A DNA stretch of 64,000 bases from Candidatus Hydrogenedentota bacterium (GTDB taxonomy: Bacteria; Hydrogenedentota; Hydrogenedentia; Hydrogenedentales; SLHB01): NCBI GenBank assembly GCA_963668025.2, contig CAXXTH010000023.1, positions 224,001 through 288,000 of the forward strand, read 5' to 3'. This document shows positions 19,461 through 28,100 of this stretch, in pieces. Under the pieces are notes generated by a model. It had not been told where the DNA came from and searched no databases. It saw only the letters and a program-made list of their open reading frames with translations. The stretch's first letter is position 1. Each line of letters starts with the position of its first letter. The translations under genes and the position numbers were made by a program.

Positions 19461-20069
19461 ATGGCCAGGTACATTGGACCTCGACACAAATTGTGCCGCC
19501 GTTTGGGCAGTTGCATTTGGGGCAGCCCGAAATGCCCCTCGAATAAACGGCCGTATCCCACGGGCCAGCATGGCCCGACGCTTCGCCGTAAAATGTCGGT
19601 GTATGGGCAGCAACTGCTCGACAAGCAGAAGATTCGCACGCATTACGGGCTCATGGAGCGCCAAATGCGCCGAACCTATGAAAAGGCTCAGCGCATGGGC
19701 GGCGTCACTGGTACGAACTTGCTCATGCTGCTCGAATCGCGCCTCGATACAATTATATACCGCCTCGGTTTCGCGGCAACCATGCCCGCGGCCCGGCAGA
19801 TCGTAAGCCATGGGCATATCCTCGTGGACGGGAAAAAATGCAACGTGCCGTCTTTACAAGTGAAGCCAGGCATGAGCATCAGCGTTCGCGAGAAAAGCCG
19901 CAAGGTGCCCATGATCGCGGAAGGCGCTGAGAATCCGCCAGCCGCGCTGCCGGAATATCTTGAGCGCGCCCCCCGTTCGTTCGAAGGCCGTATGACCGCC
20001 ACCCCGAATAGCGAAACGATCCCCTTCAAGGCGGATACGGCGGGCGTCATCGGTTTCTATTCACGGTAA
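19461..20069 (+). CDS. rpsD: 30S ribosomal protein S4 (stand-alone)
   Basis: MARYIGP..KLCRR, YG.QL..KQK.R..YG, LESRLD..YRLGFA, ARQIVSHGHI. Confidence 0.96.
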   Translation: MARYIGPRHKLCRRLGSCIWGSPKCPSNKRPYPTGQHGPTLRRKMSVYGQQLLDKQKIRTHYGLMERQMRRTYEKAQRMGGVTGTNLLMLLESRLDTIIYRLGFAATMPAARQIVSHGHILVDGKKCNVPSLQVKPGMSISVREKSRKVPMIAEGAENPPAALPEYLERAPRSFEGRMTATPNSETIPFKADTAGVIGFYSR

Positions 20070-20084
20070 GCTAAGTTGCTCTGA

Positions 20085-20123
20085 AAGGGAGGAGCCTTCG
20101 GATGAAGGGGCTCCTCCTTTTTT
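20085..20123 (+). terminator. Rho-independent terminator after rpsD
   Basis: ggaggagcc...ggctcctcc stem followed by T6. Confidence 0.8.
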
Positions 20124-20348
20124 ATTGCTTACTGCCCGGTTCTGCTTGTAATGCCATGTCGTGGCATGGGTTCCGCCCATGTATTTGAATCCAAAGTATC
20201 CTGTGAAAAGCTGGAAGGGCGCTTACAACGCGCCTCTATAAAAATGGCGCTTAAGCAGCGCTGGCCTTTTCATACGTGGGCAAACCTTGTATGATACGCA
20301 GGTGCGTGCTGTTCATGGTTGTCTCAATGCGAGGTTTCGGTTCCCGTG

Positions 20349-21656
20349 GTGAAAATACTGCTGCTTGACGCCTATTCCGCCGCCCATATGGGCAACACGG
20401 CTTTGCTGGATAGCAGCATGGACAACTTGAAAGCGGCTGTTCCCGAGGCCCAGTTCGCCGCTCTCGCCAAAGCGCCGGAATCCTATGCCGCGTTCACGGA
20501 TTGCGCCTGTTATACTGATCTTTTTCCCGGCCTGTTCGCTCCGGAGCGGCGGCGGGGATGGCGGCTGATTCCCTGGCTTGCCGTGAACGGCCTGTGGGCG
20601 ATGGCGAATATCGTGAATCTGGGCGTTTTGCGGCGTGTGGGCGTAAGCATCAGCCCCCTTGCATATACTTTCAATCCCGCACGCAGGCGCGCTGTCCAGG
20701 CCTTGCTCGACGCCGGCATGGTGATCACCATCAGCGGCGAAATGCTGAACGAGGTATTCCGCAAACTGCTCCCGTTCATTCTATGCACGTATTGGATCGC
20801 CCAGCGCCTCGGCAAGCCGATGATAGTTTTTCCCCAAAGCATTGGCCCCTTCACCATTCCATGGCTCACCCGATTAACCAGCGCGGTCTTGCGCGGATGT
20901 GATCTGGTGATGGCTCGAGATGAGCCCTCGTTCGCCGAGGCCCGGCGCTTGGGCGTGCCCGCCGAACGGCTGCATTTCGTGCCGGATGTGGCGATACGGC
21001 AGCCCATGGCCTCGCCAGCAAGAGCGGCGGCGCTGCTGGCCGAAGCGGGCGTGGATGTGCATGCGCGTCCATTGATTGGGCTTACGGTCTCCGATTTCCT
21101 CGACTCGTCCGCTTCCGCAGGCGAGCGGCCCTATCTCGATGCCCTCGCGCGCTTGTGCGAATACCTGGCGGGCGAACGCGGCGTGCAATTGGTGTTTTTA
21201 ACCGCCAACCGCGCCCTATATGGCGAAGAGCAGGACGATGCGCCCGTGGCGGAACGCCTATACAACATCTTGAGTGAAGAAGCCCGAGTCCGTGTTGTAC
21301 GGACGCAGCGCTTGTACAGCGCACGGGAGTTCAAGGCCATGGCGGCGCATTTGGATGTGTTTATCACGACGCGCATGCATGCGGGGATCATGGCCACCAT
21401 GGCGGGCGCGCCCACCATCGCATTGGGCACGCAACGCAAACTCGAAGGCTATATGGCCCTCATCGGACAGGCGGAATACGCCGTGCCGGTGAAGGAAGCC
21501 ACCTACGAGCGGCTGCGTGCGCTCGTGGAGCAGGCGCTCTCCGATGGCCCATCGATTCGCACCCGTTTAGCGGCGGCCCGCTCGGAACTCGAACCGCGCT
21601 CCCTGGAAGCGGGAAGGCTTGTGCGGGCGTTGTGGAACAGCAGGGGGAGCGTATGA
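20349..21656 (+). CDS. Polysaccharide pyruvyl transferase family protein
   Basis: PQSIGP, ARDEPS, VPD.A, TRMHAGI motifs; start uncertain (20319-20349). Confidence 0.85.
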   Translation: MKILLLDAYSAAHMGNTALLDSSMDNLKAAVPEAQFAALAKAPESYAAFTDCACYTDLFPGLFAPERRRGWRLIPWLAVNGLWAMANIVNLGVLRRVGVSISPLAYTFNPARRRAVQALLDAGMVITISGEMLNEVFRKLLPFILCTYWIAQRLGKPMIVFPQSIGPFTIPWLTRLTSAVLRGCDLVMARDEPSFAEARRLGVPAERLHFVPDVAIRQPMASPARAAALLAEAGVDVHARPLIGLTVSDFLDSSASAGERPYLDALARLCEYLAGERGVQLVFLTANRALYGEEQDDAPVAERLYNILSEEARVRVVRTQRLYSAREFKAMAAHLDVFITTRMHAGIMATMAGAPTIALGTQRKLEGYMALIGQAEYAVPVKEATYERLRALVEQALSDGPSIRTRLAAARSELEPRSLEAGRLVRALWNSRGSV

Positions 21657-23059
21657 GCGCGCGGCAACACCTGTTTGATACGGTCGTGCATGGCGGCTAT
21701 TGCATCGGCTGCGGCGCATGTGCGTCTCTGCCCCATTCAGGCGTTTCGATGCGTTTCGACGCCTATGGGCGTTATCAAGCCGAGGATGTTTCCGGTGAAC
21801 TGGCTTCGGATGCCCCTGTCGAGGCGGTATGCCCCTTCGCGGAGGGCAATCCCGATGAAGATATTTTGGCCCGCGAGCGGTTTGGCGATTCCCTAACGAG
21901 CCATCCGCGCATCGGCGGTTATTTCGCCACGTACGCCGGGTATGTGGCGGAGGGCGAATACCGCGCGCGAGGCAGTTCGGGCGGACTCGGCACGTGGCTT
22001 CTCGCGGAGATGCTCGAGCAAGGCCTTGTGGATGCAGCCGTCCATGTGCGGGGCCGGGAGGCGTCGCCGGGCGAGCCCCGGCTCTTCGAGTATGGCATCG
22101 CCACCACGCCCAGCGAAGTGCGCGCCGGGGCCAAATCGCGCTATTACCCCGTCGAGATGTCCCAGGCGCTCAAGCTGGTGCGCGAACGGCCCGGACGCTA
22201 CGTGGTGATAGGCGCGCCGTGTTTCATCAAGGCTGTGCGGCTGCTGGCGCGGCAAGACCCGCTGCTCGCGGAGCGCGTCGCGTACTGCATATCATTATTT
22301 TGCGGCCATCTTAAAAGCGCCCGGTACGCCGACATGCTGGCGTGGCAATGCGGCATCCGCCCCGGCGAACTGCGCGGGGTGGACTTCCGCCGAAAAACGC
22401 CTGGCATTCGGGCCGACCAGTACGCGTTGTCCTTCACCGGTCTTGCGGATGGCCGGCTCGTGACGGAAGAACGTTCCGCCCGCCAGCTCTACGGCACCGA
22501 CTGGGGCTTGGGTTTCTTCAAGTATAAGGCATGTGACTTCTGCGATGACGTGGTGGGCGAAACCGCCGACGCCTCGGTGGGCGATGCTTGGCTGCCGCAA
22601 TATGTGCAAGACTCCGCTGGAACCAACGCCCTTATCGTGCGCCATGCGGCGCTCCATGCAATGATCGAGCGCGCCGCACATGAAGGCCGCCTGCATATCG
22701 AGGCCATTCCAGCGGATGACGTGGCCCGCTCGCAGTCGGCGGGCCTATACCACCGCCGTGAAGCCTTGGCGTACCGGTTGCACCTCATGGCGGAAGCCGG
22801 CAAATGGCGGCCCTTCAAGCGTGTCCAGCCCCAGGCTATGGGCCTGTCTTCGCGTGAACAGCGCAAACACGCCCTGCGCCTGGCCATCGCCGAAGAGAGC
22901 CACCGCGCATTCCAGCATGCTCGCGAAGCGGGTGATTTCCGCGTGTTCCAGGAGGCCATGAAGCCTATCGTGCGCCGCTACCGCGCCGTGGCGCAGCCGC
23001 TATGGAAACGCCTGGCGTTGCGGCTGCGCGCGCTGTTGCGCGGGAGAATGCCCCGGTGA
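21653..23059 (+). CDS. Coenzyme F420 hydrogenase/dehydrogenase beta-subunit-like Fe-S protein
   Basis: CIGCGAC, SSGG..T, KSRY, G.PC, FCG, C.FC.D..GE.AD.SVGDAW; ATGA overlap with upstream gene. Confidence 0.88.
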   Translation: MSARQHLFDTVVHGGYCIGCGACASLPHSGVSMRFDAYGRYQAEDVSGELASDAPVEAVCPFAEGNPDEDILARERFGDSLTSHPRIGGYFATYAGYVAEGEYRARGSSGGLGTWLLAEMLEQGLVDAAVHVRGREASPGEPRLFEYGIATTPSEVRAGAKSRYYPVEMSQALKLVRERPGRYVVIGAPCFIKAVRLLARQDPLLAERVAYCISLFCGHLKSARYADMLAWQCGIRPGELRGVDFRRKTPGIRADQYALSFTGLADGRLVTEERSARQLYGTDWGLGFFKYKACDFCDDVVGETADASVGDAWLPQYVQDSAGTNALIVRHAALHAMIERAAHEGRLHIEAIPADDVARSQSAGLYHRREALAYRLHLMAEAGKWRPFKRVQPQAMGLSSREQRKHALRLAIAEESHRAFQHAREAGDFRVFQEAMKPIVRRYRAVAQPLWKRLALRLRALLRGRMPR

Positions 23060-24315
23060 AAGTCCTCGTCATCAATAAATTCTACCGGCCTGGTGGCGGC
23101 TCGGAACGCTATATGTTCGACGCCATCCGTGATCTCGAGCGCCACGGGCACACGGTCATTCCCTTCACGATGCAGGAAGAGGACACCCTGCCGTCGCCGT
23201 ATAGCCCCTATTTCGTGAGCGGCATTTCCTACCGCAACCACTCGATCATGTATAAACTCGCGAACATCCCGCGCATTGTGGGGAAGACCGTGTATTCCTT
23301 CGAAACGCGGCGTAAACTCGAGGCCCTGCTGCGCGACACCCGGCCCGACATCGCGCATGTCCACATGGTCTTCCACCAGTTGTCGCCCTCGGTGTTCCAC
23401 AGCCTGCGCAAGTTTCGCGTGCCCACGGTGCAGACGCTCCATAATTACAAGCTCGTGTGCCCCGCAACCGACCTGTACATCAGCCATAAATCCGAATTGT
23501 GCGAGCGATGCCTGGGCGGCCAGTACTACCAATGCGCCCGCCACCGGTGCATTAAGGGCTCGCGTTTTGCGAGCTATCTTGCCGCAGCCGCCCAATATTT
23601 CCATAAGGCCATCGGCATCTACGAACGCAACGTGGACCGCTTCCTCGTCTCGACGCATTTTTTTCGGGATAAACTTATTGAAGGCGGCATGCCCGCCGAA
23701 AAGCTGCATCTGATGCCGCTGACCCTCGATATCGAGCAATACGAGCCCCAATATGAGCCGGGCGATTATTTTCTTTGCTATGGCCGGATGGTTCGCCAAA
23801 AGGGCATCCACACCCTGATCGAAGCGGCGGCGAAACGGCCCGGCTATCGCGTGGTCATCGCGGGCGACGGCGAAGAGCGCGCCGCGCTGGAGGCCCAGGC
23901 GTGCGCTGCAGGCGTGAAGAATGTGGAATTCACCGGCTTTCTCACCGGCAAGGCGCTTAGCGGACTGGTGCGGGGCGCGCGTTGCGTCGTTGCGCCATCG
24001 GAATGGTACGAGACCTGCGGCCTCGTCATTTATGAAGCCTACGCCATGGGCAAGCCCGTCATCGCATCGGATATGGGCGCTATCCCCGAGGCCGTCGAGG
24101 AAGGCCGCACGGGCGTGCTGTTTCCCGCCGGAGACGCGGAAGCCCTCGCGGTGAAGATGGATTCATTTCAAAACGGGAAAATGGATATCCCCGCCATGGG
24201 CCGCGCCGGAAGGGCGAAAGCCGAGGCCTTATGCGCCGGACACTATGACCGGCTCATGGCCGTCTTCGACGAAGTGATGCAATCGAACGCGCGAAGCGCA
24301 CCTAAAAGTTTCTAG
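23056..24315 (+). CDS. Glycosyltransferase family 4
   Basis: GGSERY, TLHNYKLVCP, GR....KG, E.CGLV.YEA.A.GKPVI. Confidence 0.9.
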   Translation: MKVLVINKFYRPGGGSERYMFDAIRDLERHGHTVIPFTMQEEDTLPSPYSPYFVSGISYRNHSIMYKLANIPRIVGKTVYSFETRRKLEALLRDTRPDIAHVHMVFHQLSPSVFHSLRKFRVPTVQTLHNYKLVCPATDLYISHKSELCERCLGGQYYQCARHRCIKGSRFASYLAAAAQYFHKAIGIYERNVDRFLVSTHFFRDKLIEGGMPAEKLHLMPLTLDIEQYEPQYEPGDYFLCYGRMVRQKGIHTLIEAAAKRPGYRVVIAGDGEERAALEAQACAAGVKNVEFTGFLTGKALSGLVRGARCVVAPSEWYETCGLVIYEAYAMGKPVIASDMGAIPEAVEEGRTGVLFPAGDAEALAVKMDSFQNGKMDIPAMGRAGRAKAEALCAGHYDRLMAVFDEVMQSNARSAPKSF

Positions 24316-24324
24316 GAAAGGGGT

Positions 24325-24362
24325 CTGGGGGAAACCCTCTTTTCAAAGAGGGTTTCCCCCAG
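24325..24362. repeat. Perfect 18-bp inverted repeat within the operon
   Basis: ctgggggaaaccctcttt-tc-aaagagggtttcccccag. Confidence 0.85.
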
Positions 24363-24387
24363 CAGGCAAACCACGAAAGGCATACGC

Positions 24388-25050
24388 GTGCTGAATATCT
24401 TTGACCGTATACGCCATCGCTTCTCGGCGTTATACCGCCGTTCGCGTGAACAGAAGTTCCGCTTGTTTCAGGATTTGGCTGCGCTCGAACCGGGCGCGAC
24501 GATCCTCGATGTGGGCGTGGATGTAGGCGAGAACAATCCCTTTGAAAACCTTTTGGAGCAACAGCTCAGCGACACCTACCGCATCGTGGCCGTGACTTTG
24601 GGCAATCCCGCGCATTTGCGCGCCAAATACCCGAAGGTGCGTTTCGTACGCGCCGACGGCTGCGCGCTGCCGTTTCGCGACGATGCCTTCGACACCATGT
24701 TTTCGAACGCGGTCATCGAGCATGTGGGACGAGAGGCGAACCAGCGCCGTTTCACCGAAGAAGCTGTCCGCGTGGCGCGCACGGGATTCATCACCACTCC
24801 CAACTTCTGGTATCCCATCGAGTTGCACACCACGCTGCCCCTGGTCCATTATCTGCCTTGGGGCGTCCGGCGCTATGTTTTCCGGGCGCTGGCGGGACGT
24901 GAGAACGAGGGCTACATGTCGCGTATCCGGCTGTTATCCACGCGCGCGTTCCGGCGGCTTTTTAAGGGTTTGGCGGAAGTACGCATCATACCCGTGCGCA
25001 CGACGTTCTGGCCGGAAACGCTCATCGCGTTCTTCACGCGGGAGAGATAG
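24388..25050 (+). CDS. Class I SAM-dependent methyltransferase
   Basis: ILDVG, ADGCALPF.D..FD..FSNAVIEHV, TTPN. Confidence 0.85.
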   Translation: MLNIFDRIRHRFSALYRRSREQKFRLFQDLAALEPGATILDVGVDVGENNPFENLLEQQLSDTYRIVAVTLGNPAHLRAKYPKVRFVRADGCALPFRDDAFDTMFSNAVIEHVGREANQRRFTEEAVRVARTGFITTPNFWYPIELHTTLPLVHYLPWGVRRYVFRALAGRENEGYMSRIRLLSTRAFRRLFKGLAEVRIIPVRTTFWPETLIAFFTRER

Positions 25051-25130
25051 GGGCAAGCATGTGTTTGAATGGCGTAGAAAGCTTTATCAAATATCGTTAA
25101 TAAGGAATCGCAAATAAGAACAGAAAACCT

Positions 25131-25189
25131 CTTTGTGCCTTAGTGTCTTTGTGTTGAATTTTCTAACACAAAGGCGCTAAGACACAAGG
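25131..25189. repeat. Imperfect 25-bp inverted repeat of CACAAAG-type units
   Basis: ctttgtgccttagtgtctttgtgtt / aacacaaaggcgctaagacacaagg, 21/25 complementary. Confidence 0.75.
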
Positions 25190-25192
25190 AAT

Positions 25193-26278
25193 ATGCAGAC
25201 GGGAGCACACGTGGAAAACATCTTAATCACGGGAGGTGCGGGGTTTGTGGGCGCGTCGCTGGCGCTGGGCCTCAAGCGCCAATATCCCCAGGCGCGCGTC
25301 ACCGCGCTGGACAACCTGAAACGCCGGGGTTCGGAGTTGAACCTGCCGCGCTTGCGCGAGGCGGGCATATCGTTCGTCCATGGCGACATCCGCAATCCGG
25401 AAGACCTCGCCGAGGTGGGGGCGGCGGACTTGCTCATCGAATGCAGCGCCGAACCGTCCGTGCTCGCGGGATTCAACGGCTCGCCCGCATACCTGATCCA
25501 CACCAACCTGGACGGCACGATCAATTGCCTCGAAGCGGCGCGCAAACACCAGGCGGCGGTGTTGTTTCTCTCGACGAGCCGCGTGTATCCCGTGGCCACG
25601 ATCAACCGATTGCGCCGCCGCGAGGAAGCCACGCGCTTCGTCCTCGAAGAAGAACAGCCGATGCCGGGGGCTTCGGCGCACGGCATCGCCGAGGATTTTC
25701 CCCTCGAAGGCCCGCGCTCGCTCTACGGCGCGACGAAACTGTGTTCCGAGTATATCCTTCAAGAGTACATCGACATGTACGGCATCCAGGGCGTCATTAA
25801 TCGCTGTGGCGTCCTCACGGGCCCCTGGCAAATGGGCAAAGTGGACCAGGGCGTTGTCGTGCTCTGGGTGGCGCGGCATCTCTTCGGCGGTTCGCTGAAT
25901 TACATCGGCTATGGCGGGCTAGGCAAACAAGTGCGGGATATGCTGCATGTGGACGACCTGCTCCGGTTGGTGCTGTACCAGATCGAGCACCTCGATGCGC
26001 TCAACGGGCGGACGTTCAACGTGGGCGGCGGCGTTGATGTGAGTACGTCGCTCCTCGAATTAACGGGCCTGTGCCAGGAAGCTACGGGACGCGTCATCGA
26101 CATTGGCGGCGTGGCGGAAGAACGCCCGGCGGATATTCCGCTGTATATCACCGATAACACACGTGTCACGCAAGCCACGGGGTGGCGTCCCGAGAAAGGC
26201 GTGGGGGACATCATCACGGAAATCACGGCTTGGATCCGTGCGCACGAAGCGGCCTTGCGGCCGATTTTGGGGGCGTAA
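25193..26278 (+). CDS. NAD-dependent nucleotide-sugar epimerase/dehydratase (CDP-paratose 2-epimerase-like)
   Basis: TGGAGFVG, STSRVY, YGATK, GPWQMGKVDQGV, GKQVRD.LHV.D. Confidence 0.88.
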   Translation: MQTGAHVENILITGGAGFVGASLALGLKRQYPQARVTALDNLKRRGSELNLPRLREAGISFVHGDIRNPEDLAEVGAADLLIECSAEPSVLAGFNGSPAYLIHTNLDGTINCLEAARKHQAAVLFLSTSRVYPVATINRLRRREEATRFVLEEEQPMPGASAHGIAEDFPLEGPRSLYGATKLCSEYILQEYIDMYGIQGVINRCGVLTGPWQMGKVDQGVVVLWVARHLFGGSLNYIGYGGLGKQVRDMLHVDDLLRLVLYQIEHLDALNGRTFNVGGGVDVSTSLLELTGLCQEATGRVIDIGGVAEERPADIPLYITDNTRVTQATGWRPEKGVGDIITEITAWIRAHEAALRPILGA

Positions 26279-26283
26279 TCCAT

Positions 26284-27030
26284 ATGGATGGCGTGGCAGG
26301 CGAACCGCCGCTCGATACGCGCCCGCTCCGGCGCGTATACAAGGGCGTGCTGCTCGTTGTAGCGATTTGGCTGGCGGCATTCACGGCGGGCATCTACGTT
26401 GTTGCGGCGTATGGCCGCCCGTGGGTCGAGCATCTCGATGAACAGATCGGCGAGCGTGTGGCGGAGCAAGCGCGGCGGCTGGCCAATGCGGGACTCACCG
26501 CGGAAGCCATGGAAACGTACCGGCGCGCCCTTGCGCTGAAGTTCGACGATCCCATGCAGAAAGTGTGGCAGACCCAGGAATTCCTCAAACTGCTGCTTGA
26601 TGAACGCCAATACGAAGAGGCCGTACAGGTGGCCCATGACGCCATCGCCCTCGATCCGAACAATGGCCTGCCGTATAGCTTGCTGAATAAGGCCCTCCGC
26701 GAAGCGGGCCGCCATGCGGACGCCGCCGCGTCCGCGAAGGAGTGGGCGCAATGGGCGGCGTCGAGCCAGCAATATGACGCGCAAGCTTGGGCGGAATATT
26801 ATGCAGGCCAATCGTATCTGGCTTTGAACGACAACGAAAATGCGCTGGCCGCATTCCAGGCTGGGTATCAGGCGTCACCGTCGGCGGAGAACGCCCTTGC
26901 CGCCGCGCGCATCCTGTGCGGGCAGCAGCGATATGAGGAAGCGCGGCCACTGCTGGAGTATGTCATCAGCCATGACCAAGGCGCGAAGCGGGATCGGGCG
27001 CGTGAATTGCTTGCGGAGAGTGCGTCATGA
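26284..27030 (+). CDS. Membrane-anchored TPR protein
   Basis: One N-terminal TM helix followed by TPR-like repeats. Confidence 0.7.
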   Translation: MDGVAGEPPLDTRPLRRVYKGVLLVVAIWLAAFTAGIYVVAAYGRPWVEHLDEQIGERVAEQARRLANAGLTAEAMETYRRALALKFDDPMQKVWQTQEFLKLLLDERQYEEAVQVAHDAIALDPNNGLPYSLLNKALREAGRHADAAASAKEWAQWAASSQQYDAQAWAEYYAGQSYLALNDNENALAAFQAGYQASPSAENALAAARILCGQQRYEEARPLLEYVISHDQGAKRDRARELLAESAS

Positions 27031-28100
27031 AATGGCTGGCGTTTTTTGCGTCTGTTGTGATGGTGGGATGGGCCACCTGCGCCGCCGATGACTTGTTGCC
27101 GTCCATCGAGGCGCTTGGGAAGGCGCTGGCTAATCCCACGTTTCCAAACGGCGCGCCCCAGTTTCCCATCCCCGTGCGCCCGCCGATTTTTGAATACGAA
27201 GGCAAGCTGCCCACGGCGCAGCTTCTTGGCTTCGATCTCGCGCAACATGGCGCGCCGGTGGCGGGCGGAGTGCCGTCACTGCAAGTGGGCGAGCCTATCG
27301 AGATCACCCTGTATTGGCGGCCTATTAGCAGGCTCGTGGAAACCACGCGGATCGGCGTCAATATCCGCGATGAGGGGGTAGGCCCCGCGCCGGGATTTTT
27401 TAAAACATATCCTATCGAGATCACACCGTGGCGCTTTGGAGAAATCCGCACGCAACGCATTCTCCTCGATATGCCCACGGGCCAATTCGTGGGTGATGGC
27501 GTGCTCTCGTTTTTTCTGACTTGGGAAGGGGCGAACTGGAAAGATTGGGCATATCTCTATCGCGGGCCCGTGCGTGTGCCCGCCGTCTTGTGGCCGTCGA
27601 AATTGGATGCGGAACGCCTTACGGAGTTGTTCGGCAACGGCGCGGAGCGTTTAGATGCGGCGTTCCGGCTCGCGCCGGGCGCGGAACTGGGCATCGACGT
27701 ACCTGGAAGCCGTGGCGGACCAATCTCGGCTATTGGGCTGGTTTCCTGTGTGAGCTGGACAAGCGATTTCGCTCAAGGCGCGCCCATTTGCCGGATTCAA
27801 TGTGTGGACGGCGCCACGGGCGAGGCGCAGGACGTGGAAGTGCAATGCGGCGTATCCACGGCGCTTGAGCGGTATGACCTCTATCCGACTGGCGCGCTCA
27901 AGAGCAACAAGATCGACATTGCATATAGCGAGGAACGAACGGATTCGGAGACGAAAAAGCTTTATGCGGCGCATCGGTATATAAGCCGTGTTGCGCTGCC
28001 TGCTTCCATGCGGCCCACGCGGCTGGTCTTTACTTATATGGCGGATGCGGGCGTGCTTGATGTGGAAGGCCTCGCGCTGCTCCCGGAGGGCGCGCCATGA
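27027..28100 (+). CDS. Hypothetical exported protein
   Basis: Signal peptide; ATGA overlaps with both neighbours. Confidence 0.65.
   Translation: MKWLAFFASVVMVGWATCAADDLLPSIEALGKALANPTFPNGAPQFPIPVRPPIFEYEGKLPTAQLLGFDLAQHGAPVAGGVPSLQVGEPIEITLYWRPISRLVETTRIGVNIRDEGVGPAPGFFKTYPIEITPWRFGEIRTQRILLDMPTGQFVGDGVLSFFLTWEGANWKDWAYLYRGPVRVPAVLWPSKLDAERLTELFGNGAERLDAAFRLAPGAELGIDVPGSRGGPISAIGLVSCVSWTSDFAQGAPICRIQCVDGATGEAQDVEVQCGVSTALERYDLYPTGALKSNKIDIAYSEERTDSETKKLYAAHRYISRVALPASMRPTRLVFTYMADAGVLDVEGLALLPEGAP

Noticed and set aside
19461-20069. rpsD outside the alpha operon as a novelty
   Set aside because: Stand-alone rpsD is common in several bacterial phyla.
21653-23059. FrhB-like gene as evidence of methanogenesis or hydrogenase
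   Set aside because: No hydrogenase subunits nearby; context is a polysaccharide cluster.
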